DNA of 64,000 nucleotides from Psilocybe cubensis (Eukaryota): NCBI GenBank assembly GCA_017499595.2, contig CM039007.1, positions 62,001 to 126,000 of the forward strand, read 5' to 3'. Shown piece by piece: positions 26,561 to 37,880 of this stretch (position 1 is its first letter; each line of letters starts with the position of its first letter). The notes under the pieces were generated by a model. It saw only the letters and a program-made list of their open reading frames with translations, ran no database searches and was not told where the DNA came from. The position numbers and the translations under genes were made by a program.

Positions 26561-27457
26561 TCACCGTGGACGGTTTGCACCAAAGACACGAGGCGGTCCA
26601 CCGCCACGACGCGCGGTCTGAATTCCCTCCCTAGGCTGAACAGGCCCGGGGCGAGAGTAACCGTCAGAGTGTTGCTGCGGAGCCCTGAGAGCGTCCACCT
26701 CCATAGGCGAACCAGGGGCAAGCGACGAGGATGGGCTGGAGCGAGTGTCAACAGCCGTAGGAGTGGGCGAGTGCGGAGAAGCCGTCCCGGAACGGGGTGT
26801 CCGCGTAGTTGGGGTAGAGCTCGAGGTTGGAGTAGGAGAAGGAGGTTCAACGACGAGGGTAGGAGGGGCAGCAGTGGGCGCAGGAGGCTGTTTAGGCTTC
26901 TTGGACCTAGGGTTGCGGATGCGACGACGGGCAATCCGCTTGCCGATAGCAGAGAGAGCATCACCGACTTCACGAGCGGTGCCCCTGATAGTGACGGCAC
27001 GCAAACCGGAGGTGACGACGGGGGAGACTGAGATCTTTGCATGCGAGATGTCGTGGATTTGGCGTAAGCCAGTTCCCGCGCGCCCTATGACGTGGCCAGC
27101 CTGTTCGTCCGCAATAGACAGGGTAGTAACGATCTTCTCGAGGGCGGCTTTGGTAGTGGTAGAGCGGATGGATTGGGAGTGCGGGGGCCCTGTAGTAGGG
27201 GTAGAGGTAGGTGCAGCCGGGCGTTCCTTCCTAGAGGTGCGTCGAGCGCGAGGTGCGCGAGCAGAGGGAGTGGGAGCGGCAGGCGGTTTGGGTAGGGAGG
27301 CTGTGAGGCGTTCGAGTTTAGACTCGATGGCAGACAGTCGGTCATCAACCTTTTTATCAGCGTCAAACCGGACTTGCTGCGCCCTAAAGAGGAGGGCGAA
27401 ACGGTCGTCGAGAGACATCGTCATGAACCCATCGTAAGGCGAAGGAGGGTCGGCCAT
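26561..27457 (-). CDS. KH-domain RNA-binding protein encoded by the LTR element (298 aa, intronless)
   Basis: Type I KH signature TLSIADEQAGHVIGRAGTGLRQIHDISHAKISVS...RAVTIRGTAREVGDALSAI (GxxG loop GRAG). N-terminal coiled coil; C-terminal Gag-like PMEVD motif. The ORF is sense to the element. Confidence 0.85.
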   Translation of the reverse strand: MADPPSPYDGFMTMSLDDRFALLFRAQQVRFDADKKVDDRLSAIESKLERLTASLPKPPAAPTPSARAPRARRTSRKERPAAPTSTPTTGPPHSQSIRSTTTKAALEKIVTTLSIADEQAGHVIGRAGTGLRQIHDISHAKISVSPVVTSGLRAVTIRGTAREVGDALSAIGKRIARRRIRNPRSKKPKQPPAPTAAPPTLVVEPPSPTPTSSSTPTTRTPRSGTASPHSPTPTAVDTRSSPSSSLAPGSPMEVDALRAPQQHSDGYSRPGPVQPREGIQTARRGGGPPRVFGANRPR

Positions 27458-27535
27458 AGAGTATAGTAGGTGGGGGCAAGGTAGAGTGGAGTAGACGAGC
27501 GCTGCAGTGGATAGAGTACCAGGGCAACGTTGGGT

Positions 27536-27610
27536 AGCTTCGATATGCTGTTAGGAATCGACTTAAGTCAAGAGAGAAGAATGCCCAAAGACCAAGTTGA
27601 TATCGAAGCT
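27536..27610 (-). promoter_or_regulatory. Self-priming PBS (27536-27546) and its 11-nt complement in the 5' LTR (27600-27610)
   Basis: On the minus strand ATATCGAAGCT begins 2 nt after the 5' LTR. It is the exact complement of AGCTTCGATAT in the LTR, which lies 27 nt downstream of TATATATA (27638-27645). Confidence 0.8.
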
Positions 27611-28029
27611 GGGGTCTGACTACTGACCCCAGGACCCTATATATACATGGAGACCGGAGTAACTACTTCCCGGACCAGAGTACTCGACATATGACAACTA
27701 TCAATAGATGAAACAGGAGAACGATAGACGTGGGACCGAACACAAAGATAGAACAAGGCATGACAGCGTGGGACCGTAACAGATAACGATAACGGATAGG
27801 GGTGGCACCAATACGTACCCTGACAGCCCCTGTGATTAGATCAAAAATTCGAACGCCCACTCGCAAACGGAGCTCAAATATATCAAAGAAACTCTGCAGT
27901 GATAATTCATTATCAAACCCCCGCATCCCACATCTACATGTGTCCGCTTCTATGATCCCTTTATTACCGTTGAGCGCTCACCATTAATACGTGGGAGTAT
28001 CCCGCCTAACACAACATAATATCATGGTT

Positions 28030-28135
28030 AGTGAGGCTACCCCCACCAGACAGCTGTCCAGTAGCCCGGAGATGTGAATTATTATACCTGATGAGTCTGG
28101 GATGTCGGCTCTGCTAAGGTTAGTCTTGTGACAAG
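28030..28135 (-). pseudogene. Orphan last-exon fragment of the 7TM family
   Basis: TNLSRADIPDSSGIIIHISGLLDS matches NSTDLPDSSGIITHISGLQS at 43565-43750. Confidence 0.6.
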
Positions 28136-29000
28136 CGATAGATTTAGGACAGCAAGCTGTATATAGAGACAAGTGAATTGACCACATTCCAGGAACCTGG
28201 AGGTTCAGCTCCAAAATCGCTTCAACCTGATTTATATGTTTTAATCCTGACTGGCGGAATGCCACAGAAGCATGCAGTGCTGCAATTAGTGATCATAATG
28301 CAATCGATCCAAAGAATTTCTTCTTTTTGATAACAAATATTTTGGGTACAACCCCTAAACGCATGGAGCATGGGAGAATGTTAACCATGTTACAAACGAG
28401 CTACTTATATAGCACTCGTAAGATCGGAGAATTACTGCGCCCGCGGTTTATATTTACAAACGGGAAATCATGTTGGTGTTAGACGATGAAGATCAAATTT
28501 CTATGTTTAGGCTGCACCATCGTGCCAGAAACCAAATAGGGGATTGTAGAAATTGGTAGATAGAGCAGAAATTCTATATCATAGCTTGTTATGCGGCACT
28601 GTTTTATGACAATATGAGGACAACCGGTACCATTAAGTCTGTCTTTGAAAGGAGGTTAGACAGGCTAAGCTATGAAGGATATCTTAAGGTTCATATTAGG
28701 ACCTTGGGGAATCATGACGACTTAATGGCGTGTGTTCTTTCAAGGGTTTTATGAAATGGGATTCAGTCTTGTTTGGTTTGGTGTACAGAATCTATAGCAA
28801 ATTGAAGATCTAAAACGAGTAAGGGAGTATTTTTGCACATTTTTGAGAGTTCAAGAAGTGTATAAAAGACAAACATTGGTTCTGTGTACAGACCAGGTCA
28901 GCACACATACTCCGCAAAGCTAAGTAAGCCTCTACTCTCACATTGAATACTTTCTTCCCGGGGCTTATTAATATATACTTTAATACAGCACGCGCATTCC

Positions 29001-29711
29001 ATGATTAACTTTATGACCCTTGCGTTGCTTGCCTTGGCAATACTTTACTCCGTCGCCCCAGCTGTAGGAAACGGCTTTGTGAATTTTCCGCCCAGTCGTC
29101 AAGCACGTTGCCTCTATGGTCAAGTACCTGACTGCGGTGACGTCCAGTACGAGCCACAGAGCGTCGAAGGTTTGGCAGGGTCCTTCAGCTGTAATGGAGA
29201 TGGAGAACGATTTCACGAACTTAATGATAATTCCTTGTTCGAGAACCTCCACTTCTCCGTCCCAGAAGACATTGAGAAACTTTCCTTCACTTGGGTGATT
29301 ACTGCGCCGCACAGGACCATAGTTTGGGAGTACTTTGTAATCACTCAGGACAACACCTTGCTATATTCAGATCAAGCATTCAACCAAACCCCTCCGGCAA
29401 CCCTCACCCATATGGTACCGCTGAATGGGATCAAAGGGGCACAGACAGTCCTTGCACGATGGACAATTGGCGATACTGAGAACGCTTTCTATTCCTGTGT
29501 CGATCTACTGATTGTAAATGCTGCCACTGCCACTGCCACTCCTGGAGCAGTCGCCACACCAGCGCCTGTTTCAATGCCCTCCGGCTTCCATGATTCGGCC
29601 AGACACGAGAATTCAGTCAACCGATCGGCCTATTCCAGTGCTGAATCGAGTCACACCGGTGCACAGAAAGCTATCCAAAAAAAATTTTACATCCAGGGTC
29701 CACATTCCTGA
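29001..29711 (+). CDS. AA10 (CBM33/Chitin_bind_3) LPMO-like secreted protein with a His1-to-Asn substitution
   Basis: Intronless; TATAAAA at 28861; signal peptide followed by NGFVNFPPSRQARC, CG.VQYEPQSVEG, FTW.ITAPHRT..WEYF, LARWTIGDTENAFYSCVD; Thr/Ala/Pro-rich tail. Confidence 0.9.
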   Translation: MINFMTLALLALAILYSVAPAVGNGFVNFPPSRQARCLYGQVPDCGDVQYEPQSVEGLAGSFSCNGDGERFHELNDNSLFENLHFSVPEDIEKLSFTWVITAPHRTIVWEYFVITQDNTLLYSDQAFNQTPPATLTHMVPLNGIKGAQTVLARWTIGDTENAFYSCVDLLIVNAATATATPGAVATPAPVSMPSGFHDSARHENSVNRSAYSSAESSHTGAQKAIQKKFYIQGPHS

Positions 29712-30956
29712 AGCATCCACTCCTTCCCTTCCCACGCGTAGCAACGGAGAGTGTTTCCATTGTCATTTTCATTGACCGATTATACATAGTTGGTCGTTAA
29801 ATTTTATAGTTCGAGTTAGTTATTGAAAAGACAGTAAAAAGAAAGTTTGTACGTTTCAAATAGTAGAATACAAAATTGATTTCAAAATCATCAAATCGAC
29901 GCATGTGAGTGGGATCTAATGAGCAATTATTGTATCACCGTGCATCAAGTCGGAGTAACTATGCTAAAGCGGAGATACAATATAGCCCGTGGGAAACTCG
30001 GTTGCAATACAAACGCAAAGCCGACGAAATTCTGCTACGACCAACTACCAGACGTTCAAATGAAACTATGAAGGTGTACTTCGTCTAAAAGAGTATGCAA
30101 TGATCCCTTTCTTGACTATCTTATTACTACTGTGTCACAGAACTTTGGTGACATCCCACGCATTCGGGTTGCAAGCATCGTTATAAGTAGGCCATGAACT
30201 TGACGATTACTCGCAACAACGTACAGCGGAAGGAGACAGAAAACACCTCAATTGGATATTTTGACGGTGGATAATCATTGGCTCAGGAGTACGTCTGGTA
30301 AGTCCAATCACGCCCATCTTGCTCATTTCAGTTTTTTTCCGTCCCTTTCACCCTCGTTCCTCTCCCGAACTCCTCGACCTACTGCACAAGCTTACCAAAC
30401 CTATACCAGCTACGCACACAGAACCCTCTCTCGCCTACAAAGTTTGGGAGTGCAGAAGTGCAGAAGTACATTGGATACTGGGGCGGGAGGTTAAAGCGGG
30501 GTTCGACAATCTGTGTATTAAGGTGCGCTATACATACCCATTCAACAGAGCATACAATCGTCATGTACTCTAATACAGTATTCACATCATTCTTACAGTC
30601 TACCCCATCTCTAATCTCGCCACTGTCGTCACCTTATCACCCGATTTTCCCTTGCGTCCCTTGGGCGCTTGGACTTCGCTCTCTCCACGTCGACCGACCT
30701 CACGACCTAGATATCAAACGTTGAACATCATCATTGCTAACAGTTTGAATGTGAAAAACTGCGCCAGGAGACCTCAAGTCCCGCATACACCCTTCCTGCG
30801 AGAACCATTGGACGAAAAAGAGCAATCGGCAGGAACTTCAATTTCATGCCCGCCATTTTTGGTACGATAGGTATTGCTCTGTGTATACTGCTGGACGAGG
30901 AGACGATAAAGTCGACAGGAAAGGCTTGCATGCAAACGGGCACATATAACCTTATA

Positions 30957-31420
30957 TTACAGAGAACTTGGCGACGATACCTCAAGCTCATTGGTGGCCA
31001 CATCCTCCCTTGCCACGCCAACGGAGGGAGTGCGTCTCCCCCAATCGCCGTCGCATGTGCTTTGAGTGAATATCATTGGATCCAGGATATCTGCGGTACA
31101 ATGCCTGCTGCTGGCACTGTTTCTCTCCGAGTTTCCAACGGTGCGCTGCTGAGAATGGTCAAAAATTAATTCGGAGATGTGGGTTATGGTGTCAGACACA
31201 TCTGCGCTTCTGGTACAGTTGAGCGCAAGTCATAGGACCAGGGCTGTTGTCGCCTGCCCCTAAAGTCGGCGTGATCACAGCACTAGAGGTGCACAGCGTA
31301 CAAGTTGGACAACCGCCAGGGAAACACACATCCGGTACAATGACGAGAACCACCTGGATGTTGTACAAAACCTCTGAAAAGACGGATGCGATGGTGTAGA
31401 ACGCGGGTACCCAACTGTCC
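30957..31420 (-). pseudogene. 3' fragment of a 7TM family gene with a nonsense codon
   Basis: Last exon GQATTALVL*LALN...DTITHISELIF, with TGA where paralogs have Arg. It is preceded by a hydrophobic exon piece FYTIASVFSEVLYNIQVVLVIV. Confidence 0.65.
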
Positions 31421-32143
31421 TTTACAAAAGACATGGCCTTGAGCTGCGATTTCAACGCAAAGTGTCGCTTTCTTGCACAGCCATTGATGATAAACACAAG
31501 ATACCGGTGCTGGTATCAGTCTGATAACATTTACTAGAAAGGGATATCTCGGAGACTTGTTGTCTTGAGAAAGATGGGTCTGATCTGGTATCCATTGTTA
31601 CGGTAATTATCAAAGTGCATAAGTGCATAGGCAAGAACTGATGGTTTTGTTTAGAATCACATTCTTTGTCAGGTCTCTCCTTCAATATAACCTCGCCAGC
31701 GTGAGGCAACCTCATCGGGACAAACGTATTATCCTTTTTCAATGTCTATTTATACTCGTAACCATGCCCCGACATCATGTTGCTGAACGTTTCTCATCAA
31801 GCTCAATGCGATTGTATCTAATATAAAATAGTGTTGTATATATATCAAAATAAGTCTCATTTCATTGAAACAGACACACAGTATTGAAAATACCAATATT
31901 CCGTCTAATTTTCTATGTGTACAGCGGCAGGTTTATGGGTTTGTGTTGTCCGAAAAATATTTACTTCGATGTGTAGGAATTTGATGATATCATTTTTGGA
32001 TGGTATTTTATGATGGTTCCATATCAACGAGCGTGGTGCAATGGCTTGATAGATATGATCTGTGGTGATTGTGAGAAACCGAATGTCCCAATTTTACTAT
32101 ATAATGTACAATTTAAATCTTGACTCTGATTAGCCCTCAGTCA

Positions 32144-33325
32144 TGTTGACTGAACCCACACATGATGAATTAGATTACGCTTTTCGGGTTTCAAATGTTC
32201 ATGTTCCTTTAACTCACAGCTTCTTAATGGGTACTGTTCATATACTATTCTATTATTGCAGAAGTTTAATCAAACACGTAACAGGGGTTTACACAATGCT
32301 CTACGCGTTGACTATGCATAAAAGTTGTATGTAGCCATATTACCTTTGCATTAGCATTCTAACGTCTCATTTGCAGTATCAAGGGATAAATCAAATGCAA
32401 GTGGTCGTGCAGTTGCTGCCATGTTATCTGTGCTATATATCGCATGCCTGGCATACTGGATATGTCAATGGTATAGCCTTGATCATTTATCAATTATCAG
32501 AATTTTGGACTGGAGTTGGTGGACTTGGTACTCATTAGTACCCATCTGGTTTCCTGTAGTGCCGCAAGTCTTTACGACTATATCATTAATTATAAACGAT
32601 GGCCTACTAGTGAGTCACTATCAGTATCCTCTACAATACAACCTCCTGATACAGCATATGGAAGATTTGGCGTTGCTACCATGTCTGGGGTCAGTCAATC
32701 ACAATTATTGCTTTACCTTTACTATTGTTATCTTTGGAGTCTGGTATGTAACGGTATTGAGAAGAGGAAACAGAGATACTCAATACGCACATTTAGCCCT
32801 CTTGATTATAATTATTTTAACCGTCGACAACATCAACCTTTTCCTCGGCCAGCCAAACTTTGCCAATCTGACAAACAATTTGACAATAACGTCCATGGCC
32901 AGCTGTATCATCACGACAATGCTAACTACATCTCTTATTGCATTCAAAATAATTGTATCGTCTAGGAATACTCCACGGTCAAGAGGAAGATATCTTCGTA
33001 TTGTTACCATTATGGTCGAGTCATCCTCAGCAACCTCATTTTTTATATTGCTATGGACGATAACACATTTTGTTGCACCGTCGTCTTCGTTTCCCGCCAT
33101 CACCCTGCTTCTTGTACGAGACTTTTTTGCCATGTTACTGAACACAATGCCGGTATAGACATTTATATGTTCACATTTGTTTCTACTTGATTCAGCTAAC
33201 ATTATCTATATCAGGGTTTGGCAACGACGCTAATGGCGGCCAGATTGTTGATGTCCGATAACCATAAAACAGAATCAACCACAGTTACGCATATATTTGG
33301 TCTCTATTCAGCTTCCAATGATTGA
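32144..33325 (+). CDS. 7TM receptor-like membrane protein (Agaricales expanded family), ~6 exons
   Basis: Motifs SFLMG|VYT, INDGLL|IWRCYHVWG, TTSLIAFKI, RIVTIMVESS and GLATTLMAARL...THI, separated by ~50-60-nt GT-AG introns. Confidence 0.75.
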
Positions 33326-34404
33326 CAGGGCTATACGGGAGCCTAGGCACATTGCGGCAGATTTGGATACCTCTATACATGTTTCCAATGCCGCTGCGCA
33401 GCACTATGGGTGTTAAGATATGCTCAAGGGGTCAGGAAGGACCAATGGAGGTAGACACAAAGGATTAGCTTCTGTCGTTTGTACATCGATTGATTCAATT
33501 CATTATGCATATATTCATCCCAATCATTCCGTGCTATAATAGCAGGCCTAGATAAATTATATTATGTAGGTGGACGTCCGAGATAGTTTTAATGAGCACT
33601 GGATGGCGGTAAAGGAGATCCTGAAGAAGTGTGGCGGCGTCGGAACGCGACGACGAGTGTCGGTTTTTTTGGCCATGTTGTGTGTGTGGCGAACTCATTG
33701 ATCTGGAGACGACTTTGCGTCGTACGAACTGAACCATATCGGCTTAATCAGAACGCAAAATACCCATTACAACAACCACAAATGCACCAAACCTACCTCT
33801 TCCTCATCCACCATTGCCTCCAACTCTACCGCCGACGATATGAGGTGCAGGGAGAAGCAGCCAACAACGTAGGACGATAAGAAACAGCGCGTCAGGGTTG
33901 GTTCATTGATGTCTCAAGGGAAGAATGCTGGTAGGACAAGACTGCAATGACGACCGCCAAGTTACAGGGAGCTTTCGATGCCAAATGCCACCTGAAGCCT
34001 TCAGCACATTGAAAAATATCATGACATGATTTATTTTCATAGGATCAGCCCTGAGTAGCAGCGATACGCAATCATACTCTCGGTGTTGGAAGTTTGCGCC
34101 CGTTTCAATTCCATCCCCGGACAATTTGTGGAATAATAGGCGTTGGACAAGGAGGAGAGGAGTGAAGTCGACAGCAAAGGTAGGAAGTGGTATAAATTGA
34201 TATCACGGAAGATGTGTGTCACTGGTGCGAGATGTTTACCGGCTGTTCCTAAAGCTTTTCATTAAAGAGTCAGTTCACAGACACAGCACACCACCCTTCC
34301 CTAGCTTACGCGCCGCATGACAAACGGGCGCCTATAACTGTAAGATCACAGCAAAATTTACGACGATACCTCATTATTCTGGGCGTCCTCATCGTCTCTT
34401 GTCA

Positions 34405-34652
34405 CGTCACCTGAGGGAGTGCGTCAATCCCTTACACCGACGTCAGTGCTTTGGGAGAATATCATTGAATCCAGGATATCTGCGGTACGGTGGCTACTGC
34501 CGGCACCGCTGCTTTCCAAAACTCCCATGGTGCCCTACTCGTAATGGTCAAAGTTTAACTCGGAGATGTGGGTTATGGTATGAGACGCATCTGCGCTGCT
34601 GTTGCTGTTCAGCGCAAGCAGTAGGACCATGACTGTTGTCGCCTGCCCCTAA
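34405..34652 (-). pseudogene. Orphan last exon of the 7TM family (close paralog of 31020-31262)
   Basis: ag|GQATTVMVLLLALNSNSSADASHTITHISELNFDHYE*; clear nucleotide similarity to 31025-31263. Confidence 0.65.
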
Positions 34653-36468
34653 ACCCGTTGTGACGAAGGATGAAGTGAACACGACGTGTCAGGGAAAGGC
34701 AAATAAACAATGACACGACCAATAAGCTTCCTTCAGTGTCGTTGGTCTGCATGACATGCATGAGAACAAATAATAGGATTCACGGTGACTATGTAATCCG
34801 ATGCCCCGATCCAAATGTTCCAGTGAGTCGAGTGTCGTTGCTGGATATGAAGGACGTGGCTAACAATGTATTTGCCCCTGTCAAAAGAATCCGAATCGGA
34901 TTAACCCGTGCTGAGAACCAAAATTGGATTATGTAAACCGGCCGGCACAGGCATTTAGTTAAAAGTTAAAAAGTATTGCGCCTGCACAGGCACATGTTCA
35001 GAGCACACGTTCAGACAAATCGACTATGTGTTCTTGCACTTCCTCATGTAAGCAGACGCTTCGACCGACAAAACCTCCGTGGGGTATCTCGACGCCTAAC
35101 ATATAGCGGAGGACGGATCAAACGGAGTCATGTGTAATATTAATAGCACAGAGGGCGTTGTGTGAGAGCACTCTACGTGAAGAGGCCCTCGTTCAGAATA
35201 TCTGATAGACGCACATACGTGAATACAATGACGGCATCTAATCTATGTTTAAACAATATATGAGGAAATTGTGAAGCTGTTGACACGGCTGTTACATGCT
35301 GGCTGGCACGCAAAAAAGTGTGTCTCTTGAACGAACATCCTGTATGACGTTCTTATAAGCCCCGTCTGACACATGATCCCGTGTCAACCCGAGAAATCTG
35401 ATAAGACGAAATGACCTAGCCTGGGGAGCTGTCTGTTGGTACACTTTCTACACCCTATACATAGTGATAGAGAGCACATTGTCTAATAAGATTTCAGTAT
35501 CTTTGAGCGGGCAAGGAGACAATTGGTAGCAGATTCTTGTGACGGTGATCTTGTACCGGTCTTTTTTCACAAATGAGAGAAGAACAATGGAACAACATTG
35601 CCGAGAAGAAATCTTTTTTTTCTTATTTAGGCATAGTGTCTGAGCACTTGTGATAGTAATCGATGGGACTCAACAGACCTAGGATACACACTCACGATGT
35701 AATAACACTTCATTTATATTATCTGTTGTACACATAATCTGTTGGCAAGAAATGTCAAAGCCCAATAGATAACAGACAGGTCACTCGGCCACGAGGTTAA
35801 AAGAAGGACTATGTTGCTTGCCATGAGGTTCCATTGTGGTGTCCCAAATCCGAGTGGCGGAAAATAAGAGGAGGCATATTGCCTCATTGTGTGTATGTGT
35901 GGGAGAAAAATTGATTTTGACAGCAGCAGCGCTGATACACGACTAAATAGTGAGTCAGAAGCTCGACACTCGGCACTGGGTAATGAACCTGGGATTTTTT
36001 TGTGTGTCGCCACTCGATTCCTATGTTTTGAGGGAAAAATTCTGTTCCTTCCCTGCTCACACCATTCTCTCTCTTTCCTATCGCACCATACTCCTTTGCG
36101 TATATCCCAATGGCCCAGTACCAAGAAGAATCCTTTGATATCCCTTCGAACACTTTTCATCCAGGATCCTTTGATTCCATGTTTGAATCAGAATGTGAGT
36201 ATTGCAGACAATTTTAGGGACAAATGCTTGATGTTGATTGACTCTCTATGCCATAGTAGTAGCACCGGGATCACTCTCGGAACAATTACTGGGACAGGAA
36301 TACAGCGGGTTTGGATATCTGCCTCAATTCCAATGTGATCCAAATACGGTGGCAGTATTATCCGACTCCTATATGCCGGTATCCTCGTCGTCATCAGGTT
36401 TGGATGTTGAAAGCTCCGGTACTGCCGAATTTGACTGTAAGTTCTTGAATTGCGTACAGTAGCAAGAT

Positions 36469-37880
36469 ATGCCCAACAGAACACCCATTTCAGCGTCATA
36501 TCCACCACTATCAACATCGTCCACTGATGCCACCTTATTCCATCCAGCGACTGAAGAAGAGATACAGTCACTCGATCCACGGCAATCTTCTTATCCCTTC
36601 ACTGAGCAAGAGATATTGGGGCTGAATAGTTGGAAAGGTGAGCCAGTTTCATAACAATTTCATTGTTGATCATACGCATAACTGATCACACTCGTCAGCG
36701 AGCACCCATGCGTCCCCTCCAGCACACTCTGAATCAGGGTGGAATATTTTGCCACAAGACTCATCGTGGCCAACGAACCGCGCCCCGATATTTAGGGGCG
36801 ACTATCCGTCTTCCTTTATGGAAGCATCGGTGTTCCCTACCGAAAACCAGAATTTGGGATCGACACCAGGCCCCTCACAATCGTAAGCATTGCTCGCGCA
36901 TCAGTTTCACATATGCTAAGAATCCATAGATATTATGGACATGGCATACATGATCCATATGCGACTGCTAATGAGTTCAGCATTTACAATAGCCTGAATG
37001 AGCCCTTTACGCCGCAGTCCTCTTTGCCGAGCTCGAGTAATCGGTATACGAACGACTACCAAACCTGTATGTCCTGATATATTGTGATTTTGGGCTTATT
37101 GACTTATGATTTTTGCTATGATTTTCTTTGATGTAGTCTCACGTACTATTGGAGAAGGTTTCAGTAACAATTTATCCACAGGCGAACAGCAAACCGTCGA
37201 GGATCAATGCTCTGGGGATCACCCTGTCGAGCACGATCACAGTGAGCCAAACGCACATGGAAGGTATGTGTACCTGCCCCTTCTCCAGCAGTAGATGTTG
37301 ACCAGAATTTTTAACATAAAAAGTAGCGGGGTCCAGAGGGATCCAATGGATGCAACATACAAGTATGTGGTCATTGACTTTTTTTATCCTTTAGAATGAA
37401 GGATTCTGATGAGAAATTTCCCACAGCAATCTATATGGACTGAACAATGCCCTGGAGTGGCCACCCAGGGCATATGAATCCATTGAAGGGGAAATGCCTC
37501 ATACCAACGCAGGTACATGGACGGACGAGTCCATTGCACCGGAGCAGCCGGCTCCAAGTACTTCCCAGGTCCAAGGCCACGTACCCAGTTGCATGGGGGG
37601 CCTTGGTGTCAGCGTTACACGTGAGCGCAAGAAGAGGAAGGACAAGGGGTTCCGGTTCGTCAATCTAGCTGCTAGCTAGACGACGACGGTGGCGGGTGCA
37701 CGACCTCACGAGCCCAAGATAAGATCAAAATCAATACCGTAAGTGTTCTGTTCCCTCACAAGTAAACAATCTGACGAGTACCTTGGCAGTTTTCACAGGT
37801 GCTAGATGTGCTTCAGCGCGGACCTGCAGCTACTGTAGGGAACGAGGGAGTCATCGAAGGTCGAGCCGGCAGACTAAGGT
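36469..37880 (+). CDS. Multi-exon low-complexity hypothetical protein (boundaries uncertain)
   Basis: A chain of short ORFs linked by GT-AG intron-like gaps (donors ~36639, 36883, 37067, 37264, 37403, 37739). The structure is conserved in the inverted duplicate. Confidence 0.4.

Larger units (their letters stand above)
26243..27825 (-). mobile_element. Non-autonomous LTR retroelement (TRIM-like, 1583 bp) with self-priming PBS
   Basis: Two 277-bp LTRs (26243-26519 and 27549-27825) with TG...CA ends and no difference found by eye. TSD GCCCC (26238-26242 and 27826-27830). Minus-strand PPT AGAGGGGAGGTGA at 26520-26532. No RT/RH/IN coding sequence. Confidence 0.95.

Noticed and set aside
26669..27437. 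Plus-strand ORFs inside the LTR element
   Set aside because: GC-rich antisense shadows of the KH ORF; the PPT and PBS define the minus strand as sense.
27520..27548. tRNA primer-binding site for the LTR element
   Set aside because: There is no TGG start complementary to tRNA CCA next to either LTR; self-complementarity to the LTR explains the site better.
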